Below are positions 49,700 through 62,191 of a stretch of DNA of 64,000 bases, piece after piece. Source of the DNA: Selaginella moellendorffii (taxonomy: Eukaryota > Plantae > Lycopodiophyta); contig NW_003314452.1 in assembly GCF_000143415.4 (NCBI RefSeq), positions 1 through 64,000 on the forward strand, written 5' to 3'. A program made the position numbers and the translations under genes. How positions within the stretch are numbered: position 1 is the stretch's first letter; each line of letters begins with the position of its first letter. Below the pieces are notes generated by a model, which worked only from the letters and a program-made list of their open reading frames with translations, was not told the DNA's origin and ran no database searches.

Positions 49700-52130
49700 G
49701 TCATGACTGTCAATTACGGAGCTCTACACTTTCTTTAGAGAGCTGGTCATAACTCTAAAAGGACATATCTTTAGAGTTAGGATTTTGCTCTTTGCAATGG
49801 AGTGTCAAGTTTGAGTCCCTATGGTAACTTGAGTTTTTTGTTTTTTGGTGTGGTAGTATTGGAGAAGCTTGCTTTGTGTTGATGTTTGGCATGTTTATTG
49901 ATGAGTCTTAAAAGATTCATTAGTCTCTAAGTCTTGTTTTTGGTTAAAGTTCTTCAAGTTGTTATTTTTCTTCATATTGTTTTCTTGAGCTTGATTTTTC
50001 TTGGATTTTTGAATTTAAGCTTTATGTTTTTTGATTGTGTTAAGTTTTTGAGCTTGAACTTTGTAAATCTTAAATATGTTGAAATCTTGAGTTTGAGTTT
50101 TCATAGTCTTGATCTCTTGATCTTCATGCTTGTAGTTCTTCTTGATGTTTCGTTCTCGATCTTTAAAATTGAAAACCTTCATTTCTTTTAATGTTGTTTT
50201 TGATAATGTTTGAGTCATATGATTAATATTTCTTGAGCTTGTTAAGGTTGACAGTTTGGAGATGCTCGCCATCGAATGTTGCAATTGTTGCCATTCCTGG
50301 AACTTTAAATTTTTGGATGAGGAATGGTCCTTCCCATCTTGAATTCACTCTCAAGCTAATGTTTTCAATGTTTTTTAGAAACCAGAGTACTTGATCATTG
50401 ATCTTGAATTCTTCATTTTTCTTTAATCTTCTCTTTTTGTTATGGTTGGTTTTTCTTCAAGCTTGAATGGCTTCGAGTGTCCAAATTGCTTATAGTCTTT
50501 CTTCGTTAAGTTTTTTTAGTGTTACTAATCTTTTCTTAATTAATTTTTCTTGGTTGATCTTGTAGTGTATTGCCATTTGCAATGAAGGAACGATGTACTT
50601 CAGTGGTGTTAGGGCTTCTAAGCCATAGGCAAGCTTGAATAGTGTCAAATTTGTTGAAACCTTGTATGTTGTTCAATATACCCATAGGGCATTGTAAATG
50701 TGATTGTCCCAATCTTTCTAATTTGTTTTCATTATTTTGTTGAGGATGTTGTTAAGTGTCTTGTTTGTCAACTCTGCTTAACTGTTGCCTTGAGGGTAAT
50801 ATGGTGTTGAAGCCTTATGTTTGTTTCGCTTGAAGCTTGTTATGAGTAGTCCAACGAAGTCGAGTTCCTATCATTGAAATAGTTCCAGTGGTGTTGTTGG
50901 ATGAAGCTTTTGAGTTTGTTTCTTTAGTGTGTACTTGGTTTGTTGACAAATGTCGCATTCTCAACAAAATTTTGCTAAGTTATGCCAAAGTGTTAGCCAC
51001 TAGAGTCCTACTTGCAAAATCTTGTGAGCTGTGATTTCTTCTGTGAAGTGGCCTCTTGCTTGTCCACAGTGGGCTTCTTCGAATAGATCTTGAGTTCTTC
51101 AAATTGTACACATCTTCATAGTACATTGTCTCGTCCTTTTTTGTACAATCTTCCTCCCACAACTGAATATGGTCTTGTCCTTAAGACAAATTATTTATGG
51201 TGATTAGAGATGGAGTATCGATTTAGTGTTATTGTTGTTATGAGGTAGTAGTAGATGTCATTCGTCCATGTTGATGATGTGTGGATGCAAAGTATGTTGG
51301 AGTCAGGAAAGTCATCCATGTTGTATTTTAGTTGTTCACTAGTTATAAGGTTGGCTTATACATGTTCTTTGCCAGGTTTGTGAATAATTTCGAAGTTGTA
51401 TTCTTGAAGTAATAAAAACTATCAAGCAATTCTACGGATGAAGATGGTCTTGTTGAGGAGGTGTAAAAGTGCTTTGTGGTCAACCATGCTCTTGACTTTA
51501 GTGCCGAGTAGGTAGTGTCGAAACTTTTATAGTGTATAGACAATTCCTAAAACTTCTTTTTCAATGGTGGTGTAATTCATCTCAGCTGAGTTGAGTCTTC
51601 AGCTTGTATAGTAGATTGGTCGGTCTTTGAGGTCTTGTTGTGAGAAAGTATTGCTCTGATGGCATAATCAGAGGCATCAATGTGTATTGAAGTCTTTGTC
51701 CTAGTTTGGTTCTTGCTAAGGAATTCTTGAGCATGTCGAATGCTTGTTGGCAATCTTGAGTCTAGTTGTAGACGTGATTTTTCTTCAAAAGATCTATAAG
51801 GGGTTTTGCAATCTTCACATAATCTTTGATGAAGCGTTAATGGCATCCCATTTTGCCGATGAAGGATCGTAGTCCAGTGGTGTTTGTTGGGTGTTGCATA
51901 TTGATGATGGCAAGAGTCTTAGCTTTGTCAATGAGGATGCCTTTTATGCAGATGATGTGTCCAAGTAGGATGCCAGATTTGACGAAGAAGGTAGATTTGT
52001 CAGGGTTTAAGGTGATGTTATTCTCTTGACATTTGATGAAGCATTTCTCAAGATGTTGGGGATGTTATTTTTTGCTACTAAAGATGCTGAAGTCATCCAT
52101 AAAAACTCACATGAAGTTGGTGAGGTAATA
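49700..52130 (-). mobile_element. Degenerate Ty3/Gypsy pol relic, copy 3
   Basis: Paralogue of the above with the IHIDASDYAI RNase H motif; retains an integrase segment (about 50795-51005) deleted in copy 2. Confidence 0.85.
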
Positions 52131-55100
52131 TAGTGCTTTCAATCTTTATTCTACTCTTTCTTCACGCTTACCATGACTCTTCTATTCTAAACAAGTATAT
52201 TGTACATTATCATGTGACTAAGAAGCTACACATGTCTTTTTATTAGTCAAAGATGTGATATGATATTATCCGATATATATATATATAGCTATGTTTAATG
52301 CCAAACTCATAATACTCTTCATGTTACAGAAGGACAATTGGAGTCAATTGTAATTTCCCATCCATTTAAGTTGGTGATGTTGATTTGATAGGGCCTTTTT
52401 CCATAGTCAATTCATGGCAATGAATATATTATTATTGCCTCTAACTACTTGATTCATTGGGTGGAAGCCAGTGCTTTTGATAGTGCACTTGTGACTATTG
52501 TTAAATACTTCTTCCAAAATTGAGTGGTATTCTAGCATTCATGTCTATAGTAGATTCTCTCAAATAAAGTCTCATATTTATAGTTAAGATATTTCACATT
52601 TTAATGTCTTAGCTAAGGATACACAACACTTTCACAAGTGCTTATCATTTATGAACCAATGGTTTGGTATAATAGCTTATTCAGACTTTCAAAAGGATGA
52701 TTAGGATTTAAATTGGGATGATTATTTGCCACTTCTTTAGTATACGTATGGCATAGGGGTACAAAGTTTCATTAGTGCTTCACTATATAAACTTCTATAT
52801 GGTCATGATTTGATATTATCAATGGAGTTGAATTCACCTTTACAATTGCTATGAACTACCAATGCTAAGTCTTAGGATTAGTGTTTGACGAGCATTTTTC
52901 CACTATTCAAGTAGCATTTATTAAACATTTAGTATAGCACACATGGTTTTCACCCTTTATTCTATAGTGATTTATTATAGGATAACTATGAAGCAGAACC
53001 TAAATTTTTTATATGCCACATATCCAAAAACAGCGGAGTGGAACCCGAGTTTTAGGGCCTTAATCCATTAAACAAAGGAATGGAATCAAACTCCCAAGCT
53101 TGCAGCTAAGGAGCGAAGGAACTAGAGTATAGAGCGACTCTTGAGCATTTAGCCCAAGAAGAAAAAGAATAGAAGCATGAAGTGACATAAGAATAGTCCT
53201 AGAGCATCAAATATCCTAATGCCAAGATTAACACACAAAATGGAGCTAAACAGAGCCAAATAAAGTTTAGTGCTATTTTAGCATATCAGTGGCTTAACAC
53301 AAGGATATGGGTACTCCACTAGCTAGTATGGTATAGAACTTGGGTTAAACCGAATGCAAAACAAAAATAGGTATGCAAATAGGAGCTAGAGTATGCCTTA
53401 GGTTAATTGGCCATGCCTGACATACCCACTATCCCTACTACACATTTGGAACCTCGGAAAACATGCTTTAAGTTATCACCCTTAATACCAAGAGTTAGTA
53501 TTTGGAATAAATTTGAAATTTATTTAGTGAATATTAAAGAACCAAGCTCAATATAATGGGGGTTACATATGAGCTTCTCATACAGAGTCGAGTATGCTCA
53601 GCAAGAAACATATAAAAGTTCCTATATTATGTTTATCTAGTATAAGTACATACATGATGACCAGTTTCTCAATTAGCTTGGGTGGAGATTGATAAAGAAT
53701 CTAGCAATACCAACCTCTTGTTGTCGTGGCAGTAAAGAAAAAATATCTGAAATGACTCATTCATAGGTAATTTTCGATACCTACAATCATATTCCCAACA
53801 CTTGAGTTGCATACAAATGGGATAACAATGGTGTTACAACTCCCATCATTGTTAACCTATAGAGTATAAAGCAGATGACCTTATGTTAATTAATCTTCCC
53901 AATCTTATAGTGTATAGTTTGTCTAAATAGCTCCTTACTTATTGGAAGAGACTGTATTAAATGTTGTGGTAAGTTGGATGTAAGCTCTTGAATTTATACT
54001 TCTCGGGAAGTCACCTAACTTAGTACTATTCAAAATATTTCAAGACCCTTAATCAATTAAAAAAAGGGGGTGCACTTTTATTCATGGGCCCTTTCCTCCT
54101 ATATTTGAAGCTTTATAGATTATCTCGCAAATCATCTTTTTTATATTGGACCACAAGTATATGAAGTTTGGCATAACATTCAATAGGTTAATCCTCTAAA
54201 AATTGTGCATATAAAATAGCTAAAATACTTCATACAAAGGGATCATAAATAACTAGCATCTATAGATCCACTAGTTCCTCCACCTAATATTCCTCCAAAT
54301 CCCTATCAACCAAACAATTATAATTACTTTCCTTCCTTCCAAAAGGAGAGGATGATATAAGGTTCAAGTGTATGGTTACAATGCCATTTATATTATTGCC
54401 GTAATGGGATTTTGATAGCCATTGAATTGGTTTCAATTTAGATCACTAATAATTGAATATAAATATTTAACTAATTGAATATGCATATTTTTATATTTTA
54501 TGTCCATATTTCATGCACTTACAGATTTTCTTTTTATTTTGCTTTACAGAGTAAAGTCATATACCTAGATATCTAAATATATTCTTGGATATTCTCTAAT
54601 CTAGGGGCTCTTAAACTTTCTCTAATTAACTTGTAATCAGTGTTTAAAGTTAATTGTCTAACTTATCACTAATCTAAATAATCTATATTGAAAAACTATT
54701 AACACTTATTAACACTAACATGTAACAGAATGCCAATTTAAACCTTAAAAATAAATTTAAAATTAACATCATTAAGCCCTCCACACTCATGGTTTCATTC
54801 TGTAATATAGAGGGCACAAAATCCAGCCGTCTAAGATTGATGGCCTGATGGTTAAACACAAAAGAACTTAAGAGAGTTAAACATTGTTCTAGCTATTTAA
54901 AAACTAAAGACTAGTGGGGACACCATTTCTCACCATTTGTCCTGAAGTGCAATAGCTAGCAATTAACATTATGCAAATGCCTCAATCTAAACAAGTGCCT
55001 AGCCTCATTAGTTGTTATGTTTAGCATTCAAGTATGTTAAGAAATATATTAGAATATACATTGTGATATATTTTAGATAGCACAAAAAATAATTTAAAAG

Positions 55101-55227
55101 AGGAGTAGTGTATTTTAAATAGTACAACAAATTATTTAAAAAGAGTAGTACTCAATGGAATTTAAGGATTGGTTCCTCGAGGTATGGAAGAAACTAGAAA
55201 CCTAGACAGATAAAATTGATGGATCAA

Positions 55228-55264
<37 letters not shown>

Positions 55265-55569
55265 GTTTGTTTCTTTCTATGATTTTGCAGAGTCCTCAAA
55301 AAAAGGTACTTGGCATTGAGGTTCCACCATAGGCAAAAAGAAACTCTGCTGATCTTTTATAGGAAAACGTTTTCCTACAGGCCTTTCTGAATTGAATCCA
55401 CGGAACCTGGAAGTCAAAACAAGAGAGTAGCTTCAGAACACTTAAAAGCTCACCCCTGCAAGTTCTGTTGTGGTGAGTGAATGGTCAAAGGTGCGAATAT
55501 TCTCTCTACAAAAATTTGAATAAGTTTTTCTACATTTCCACGGAATACCGAGTCATTTTTTAGGGTATC

Positions 55570-56065
55570 ATGAAGAAAACACTCATTCTCGATCTAGACA
55601 ATCCACTGGTATACACTCATAAGGATCTCATCTCTTCTGTAGATTTCAGCATGGAATTTGACGATGATGCACCACTCCACATCATGAAGAGATTAGGTGT
55701 AGATGAATTTCTGGGGAAGGTTTCAAATGTGTACGATATCGTGGTGTTTAGTGCCGCCCAGGAGAAGTATGTCAACCTTGTGGTTGACCATCTGGATCCT
55801 ACTCGGAGGCTTGTGTAGAGGAGGCTACATGGTGGCAATTGTGTTGTTCTAAAGGACGGGATGAAAGTCAAGAATCTTGACCATGTAGGGTTTCGGGATT
55901 TCAAGCGGGACTTCTTGGCAGATGTAGCCCCTTTCCTTCTTGCCCTGCCAAAGTGTGTGGACTTTACCGAAGTTACCCATCGCTGGAATATTGGACAATG
56001 TGGAGAAGCAAGGCAAATTGTACGTCCCAGATCCATTCGATGATGAATGGGTTGTGTTTAACTGA
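55570..56065 (+). pseudogene. SCP/FCP1-like phosphatase pseudogene A, copy 3
   Basis: Same lesions as 4798-5293. Confidence 0.93.
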
Positions 56066-56280
56066 TTATTGTATTTTGTAATATATGGTATAATTTGCCC
56101 CCCAATAGTTTATGGAAGTGACTTTCGAGGATTTCCTGCATGTCTTGTGTAAAACAAAATGGTAAAACAAGCCAAAAGAACACCAAGTTTTCAAGCTCTT
56201 CTGCTTCAAAAGTGTATCATCCTAGTAATGAGCTCACAACTTTTTCTTGACCGAGCCTGAAAGAGATTGGAAAAAAAGAG

Positions 56281-56495
56281 CTACCTCCTGGTACTTGATA
56301 CATTAGGCAAACATGAAGGCAAAGAAGACCGGGAAGCCGACCAAGACACCCGCAACAACACCCAAATGTCATGTCGTAGCCAAAGTAACTCTCCACAAAC
56401 GCCTTGACAGTCGTGTATCACGCATTGGGTGTCATGAGGCGCACAAGATCATTTGCATACTGGGATGCGATCCAGCCATACAAATCCAATAGTGA
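56281..56495 (-). pseudogene. PDR/ABCG C-terminal fragment, copy 3
   Basis: Paralogue of 5509-5725. Confidence 0.75.
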
Positions 56496-57980
56496 TCCAC
56501 ATTCTCGGAAAGTCCAAGAAAAAGCAAAAAGCTGTTTATATCCAACTTAGGTTTGGTGGTCAACACTAAACCAAAAACAATGAAGATGAATAGGACGATG
56601 TTATTGTCCCTGCCCTACAAGTATTTTTACGTGTTTTCGTTTGCAGCAGAGGAACCGCGGTACTGAATATCCACATTCTGGTATTGAAATTAAGCTGGTC
56701 ACTTGAGCGATTAGTTTTTAGCTGATCAAAACGGTTGTAATGTACAATGTTTAAATCGTGATTTTCATTTGTGAATACTTTAGTGTTCTTAATTTGGATT
56801 TTCTTTACATTTCGCTTTATAGGTATAAAGAATATACCTAAATATCTAAGTATATTCTAGAATATTCTCTAATCTAGCAACTTTAAAGTTTTCATATAAA
56901 AAACTATGAAGTTCTTTATTTTGCCTCATATCTAGAACTGGAAGAGTATCAAGTAAAATTTGAAAAACTATATAAAACTGAGAAACTCTATATTATCCTA
57001 TAAATTACAAGGATTAACACTGACAAAGAGTCTAAAATTAACATCATTAATCTAGAGGGCACAAAATCCAACTTCTGGACGTGTTTTAAGATTGATGTCA
57101 TGATGGTTAAACACTAAACAACTTAAAAGAGTTAAAGTTTGTTCTAGCTATTTGAAAACTTGCCTCAATCTAACCAAGCACCTAGCTTCATTATTTGTTA
57201 TTCTTTGCATTCAAGTATGCAAAGAAATCAGTGGAATTTAACGATTGGTTCCTCAAGGTATGAAAAAAACAAGAAACCTGGATCAATTCATATATATATA
57301 TTTCTCTCTCTCTCCATTTGACTCTTCCTTTCTATAATTTTGCAGACTCGTCAAAAAAGGGGCTTTGAGGGGGCAAAAAGAAACTCATTCACCCTGTACC
57401 AACAGAACTTGTAGGGGTGAGCTTTTGAGTGTTCTGAAGCTAATCTCTTGTTTTAACTTCCAGGTTCCTTGGATTCAATTCAGAAAGGCCTGTAGGAAAA
57501 CGTTTCCCTGTAAAAAGGTCAACAGGTCAAAGGTGCGAATATTCTCTCTACAAAAATCAACAATCCCGCCATTTTCTTCATCGCATCTCCCGAGAATTGG
57601 GGTAGCTCTCCAGCTTCCACTCGATCTCTGCCCACTTGAGGTGAGATGCATGGACCCTACAAGAAGCCAGCCGTGGACACCACGCTGTTGCATCTCCCGT
57701 CAATGTGCTGTTTACCAATCCTGTTCCTTGAACCGAACCTGACTACAAGAATGTCGGAAGCCCTTGAGTTGTTCAGCAACCTTGATCGAGAACAACTCGG
57801 CCTGGCAGAAATGCAATGAACTGGCAACGAATTCATATTTCTGAATCGAAATCAGCATGCTGAAAAAGACCAAGACTACAAAGATGACAAAAAGGAGCAA
57901 GTAAATCTAAACAACTACAACGATCAGCTGCAAACAGACATGTTAGAAGCCAAGCAGAGAATCAGAGTAATGAAAGAAAC

Positions 57981-58516
57981 TCACCAAACAGATTGCCAGG
58001 CAGGATCGCAGAGGATGTCGCGCGCGGATGGACGCTGGTCGCGTCTTGCTGCGACCAGCTCCAACACCAGAAGCGAAAAGATGCCAAAGAGACAAATTAT
58101 TGTATCCACCTGCTGCTGCAACTGGAGTCTCCCCTCCCTTTTGGATCGATTCCACGATCCCGGTCACAACATTCGCCGAGAGCATCTTGAATCTCTCCAA
58201 GCGTTGCGCCATTGCGAGGAATTGCCGAACATATTCTGCAAGTCATGAATCAAACCAGCAAAGAGTCGTGTCAGCCAACAAAAGGAATTCCTCGTACCAG
58301 CGTCAGGAGCAGCCTGCAACGCGGATGCATCATGATCAGTTTCTCCTGCTCCTGCTTCAACGAGGATCTTCATCAGACAAGTGCAGATGTTTCAAGTTTT
58401 GACCAACCTGATCGAGCTCGGTTAATCGGATCCAGTGGGCGGGTCCTTTCGAGCATGACGTCGGATCGCTTCTGAGTGTGTAGTTTCTTCGGACCAGCAG
58501 CTCTCTTCCTCTCCAT
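57981..58516 (-). pseudogene. GCN2-like kinase, copy 3, catalytic core deleted
   Basis: Junction ccaacac-c-agaagcg at about 58068 removes 823 bp (copy 1 equivalent 7310-8132), i.e. almost the whole kinase domain. Confidence 0.93.
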
Positions 58517-58930
58517 GGTGGACTCTGGTCAGTGTTAACATTGTGAGTCGTTGCTGAAAGCACAAAAGAGATTGAGGAGTCGTTACTGCACTTATCCAAC
58601 GGCTGGAGCCTAGAATGCGCACATCAGCTGTCCGTCAATGGATTCACAACAAACTTGCTACAATTGCATGCTCACCTCCTAACGCCTCGCCAACAGTAGG
58701 CTGCAAACCAGCAGCGCACTCACCTCTGCCCTTGCCAGACGATCACGGCAGCCCTAGATTTGGAATCTAAGCTGCATTGAGGATCGACGCGCTCCTCCGG
58801 CTCCCTTGGGCTTTGCCAATAGTAGGGTACAAGAATACAAACGGCCACGTCGGATAGAGTTTAGGGCAGACGTGGCACCTTTGTGGCCCTTCTTCACTTC
58901 CACGGAATACGAGTCATTTTTTAGGGTATC

Positions 58931-59518
58931 ATGAAGAAGACACTCATTCTCGATCTAGACAATACACTGGTATACGCTCATAAGGATCTCGTCTCTTCTG
59001 TAGATTTCAGCATGGAATTCGACGATGATGCACCACTCCACATCATGAAGAGACCAGGCGTAGATGAATTTCTGGGGAAGGTTTCAAAAGTGTACGATAT
59101 CATGGTGTTTAGTGCCGCCCAGGAGAAGTATGTCAACCTTGTGGTTGACCATCTGGATCCTACTGGGGGGCTTGTGTCGAGGAGGCTACATGGTGGCAAT
59201 TGCGTTGTTCTAAAGGACGGGACGAAAGTCAAGAATCTTGACCATGTAGGGATTCGGGATTTCAAGCGGGTGGTGGCACTGGATGACATTATTGACTTCT
59301 ACCAAGGTCATCAAGAGAGCGTGGTGGTGGCTCCAAAGTTTGAGGGGTCAAAGGATGACCACTTCTTGGCAGATGTAACCCCGTTCCTTCTTGCGCTGTC
59401 AAAGTGTGTGGATTTTACCAAAGTTACCCATCGCTGGAATATTGGACAATGTGTGGAGAAGCAAGGCAAATTGTACGTCCTAGATCCATTCGATGATGAA
59501 TGGGTTGTTTTTAACTGA
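58931..59518 (+). CDS. Intronless SCP/CTDSP-like phosphatase, 195 aa
   Basis: Same motifs intact; only a few amino acid differences from copy 2. Confidence 0.92.
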   Translation: MKKTLILDLDNTLVYAHKDLVSSVDFSMEFDDDAPLHIMKRPGVDEFLGKVSKVYDIMVFSAAQEKYVNLVVDHLDPTGGLVSRRLHGGNCVVLKDGTKVKNLDHVGIRDFKRVVALDDIIDFYQGHQESVVVAPKFEGSKDDHFLADVTPFLLALSKCVDFTKVTHRWNIGQCVEKQGKLYVLDPFDDEWVVFN

Positions 59519-60085
59519 TTATTGTATTTTGTAATAAATGTTATAATTTTTCTGCCAAAGTGTAGTTTATGCAAATGAATCTTAGTGAACTTTTGAGCTC
59601 AGGATTTCCTACATGTCTCATGTAAAACAAAATGGCAAAACAAGAAAAACAGCACACCAAATTTTCAAGCTCTTTTGCCAAGGAAATCCCCTTTACATTG
59701 AGAGCCCACAGCTTTGCAACACCCCATGAACACCAATAGGAGCACGTGCCCACCTCAAACAACAAGCGAGACTTCAAAAAGGACATCACTGATCCAACAT
59801 TTGATGCCGGAGGATAAGATGCTTAGAAGACTGATTGCTTCTGAGTTCTTTTATGTCTGTTGTTTAGTGCCTATGTGAAGCTATTGACAAAAATGTGATG
59901 ATCCATATGAAGCTCTTCACAGGATCATGGAGAGAGAGAGAGAGAGAGAGAGTGTGTCTTTGCCATGACATCCAGCGAAGTAGCAAGAGGAGTGATCGCG
60001 GTGCCTCCTGCAGGCATCTCCACGCCAAATCGCGACTCTTCTGCGCCAATGTGGTGATTCCAAGTCCCTCCCGCGAGGGAAGCTC

Positions 60086-60931
60086 TTGCACCGCCGCCTG
60101 GCCGCCACCCTCGACCTACGCCACCACTCCTTGTTCAGCAATCTCCTCATCCTCATGTATGGCAAGTGCTCCAGCCTCCCGGACGCATGGTCCGTCTTCC
60201 ACGATCTCGTCCACAAGAACGCCTTCTCCTGTAACATCATGATCTCGATTCTCTGCGCAAACGGCCAGAGCGTGCAAGCGATTCATCTCTTCCTCGCCCT
60301 CGCCAGCGATTCAGTCGTCCGCCCCACCCACGTCTCGTTCGTCGCCGCGCTCGCCGCCTGCACCAATTGCCCCGATCTCCAGTCGGGCATCCGGATCCAC
60401 GCCCAGATCGTTGCCGCGCCACCCGCGATCGCGAGCAATCCAGTCGTGTGCTGCGCCCTCTTAACCATGTATGGGAAATGCGGCAGCCTGGCAGACGCGC
60501 GGAAGGTCTTTGATGACATGCCGCGCAAGACGATAGTCGCCTGGAGCGCGATGCTGGCTGCTTGCACCAGAAATCCCGATCAGGGCGGGCTCCCCGCTGC
60601 GATCGAGCTCTATCGCCAGCTCCGGGATGCCGGCATCGGCGCGGACTGGAACACTGCGATTGCCGCAAATGCCCATAATGGGCAGTTTAGAGCGGCGATT
60701 GCGCTGCTGTGGAAGTTGGATCTGGAAGGGATTGGGCCTGATATGGTGACGCTGACTGAGATCCTGGCAGCGTGTTCTTGGAAGCAGGATAAAGCACAGG
60801 GTATAAAGATCCACGAGCGTACTTGCTCGTGTGGCTGGGAGCGTAATGTTGTCGCTGGAACCTCTATCGTCAACATGTATGGAAAGTGTGGCAGAATCAA
60901 GGAAGCATCAAGGAAGGAAGCAAGAATCTAA
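60086..60931 (+). pseudogene. Truncated PLS-class PPR ORF, copy 3 (281-aa open frame)
   Basis: Open frame extending upstream to ATLLRQCGDSKSL, but bounded by an in-frame TGA with no ATG before the first motif; stops just after MYGKCGRIKEA with no E/DYW domain. Confidence 0.65.
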
Positions 60932-62191
60932 AATTATTTTTTGTTTATCATGGCCTTTATAAAAAAAATTAAAATATTTTCTTTTCATAATTTATATACC
61001 TTTATTTATATGTTGTTACATTTTATGCCAAGTTTCATATCATCAAATAGATAATGGCTGAAGAACTAGTTTATAACTTGCACATAAAGATAGAAAATTA
61101 TTTACTGGACAATAATATTTATATTCAAAAGTTAATTCAAATTTGTAAAACAACTAACCAGAATTATCTTGATTCTCTATTTATTTAAAAACTTCCAAAT
61201 TCATTTTGTTTATATCTTAGCTTACTATTAATTGAAATATAGAAATGTGAGGTCAAGTGTATAGCTACAATAATGTATACTAATATTAGCATAGTGGGAT
61301 TTTGGTAGCCATCAGATTAGTTTCAATATAAAGTAGAGTTTTTGGGATAATTGATATTTTATGTGTTCCCTATCCATTTATGACATTTTATGTATTCCCT
61401 ATCCATATTCCATGCACTCACATTATTTTATATTCCATGCACTCACATTGGTGGAGGTGAGGGGCACGTTTGATTATTCTTGAAAAGTGCTTAGATTTGG
61501 GATTTTGGTTTAGATTTAGCTTTTGCATTGTCTAAATTTAGCTTTTTCCATTTCTTTCTTTTATTCTTTCCTTTTGGGATTTTGGTTTAGATCTAGCTTT
61601 TGCATTATCTATATCTCCCTTTCCTTCTAGCTTTTTTTTATTTCATTTCTTTTGCTCTTTCTTTTTCATTCATCTTTATGGTAGAGCAGTAATCTCCTCC
61701 TCCTTTGACTTTGGAGCACAATTGCTTGATGCTATGTGATTGCAGTTGAACAACCAAACTCAGTTGATGGTAGTATTCACAACACATGGTACAACTCTTA
61801 TTGCTCTTGGTGCCAATCCTCATGTTCAACTAGAGTTCTTTTATGGGAATCCTTAGGGACAAGTGTACTATTAGTTCAATCACTTTATAGTGATTGCCAT
61901 ATATCATTCTTGGGATGATACTCGATGTTTGTATGAGTTTCCCACGTGTTTCCAAGGGATGGCACTGTAGTGGTATAATGGTTTGAATGTAGCTATTCGT
62001 GGGGATTAGAGTATTTTTCCAGACGTCTTCAAACACACATTTGGATATGTTGACAATTGTGATGATACTTTCTAACAATTGTATTGTCTTTGTTAAGGAC
62101 CATCTAAGTTGGTGATGCAATTTAGCATTTGTTTTCGTAGCCTTTTGCTTTATGCGGAGCCAATATGTTGGAGCGGATCAAACTAGGAATG

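Larger units (their letters stand above)
48609..62191 (+). repeat. Tandem segmental duplication, copy 3 (partial, interrupted by an insertion at 62192)
   Basis: Colinear with copies 1 and 2 up to ...gatcaaactaggaatg, the equivalent of about 11986. Confidence 0.95.
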
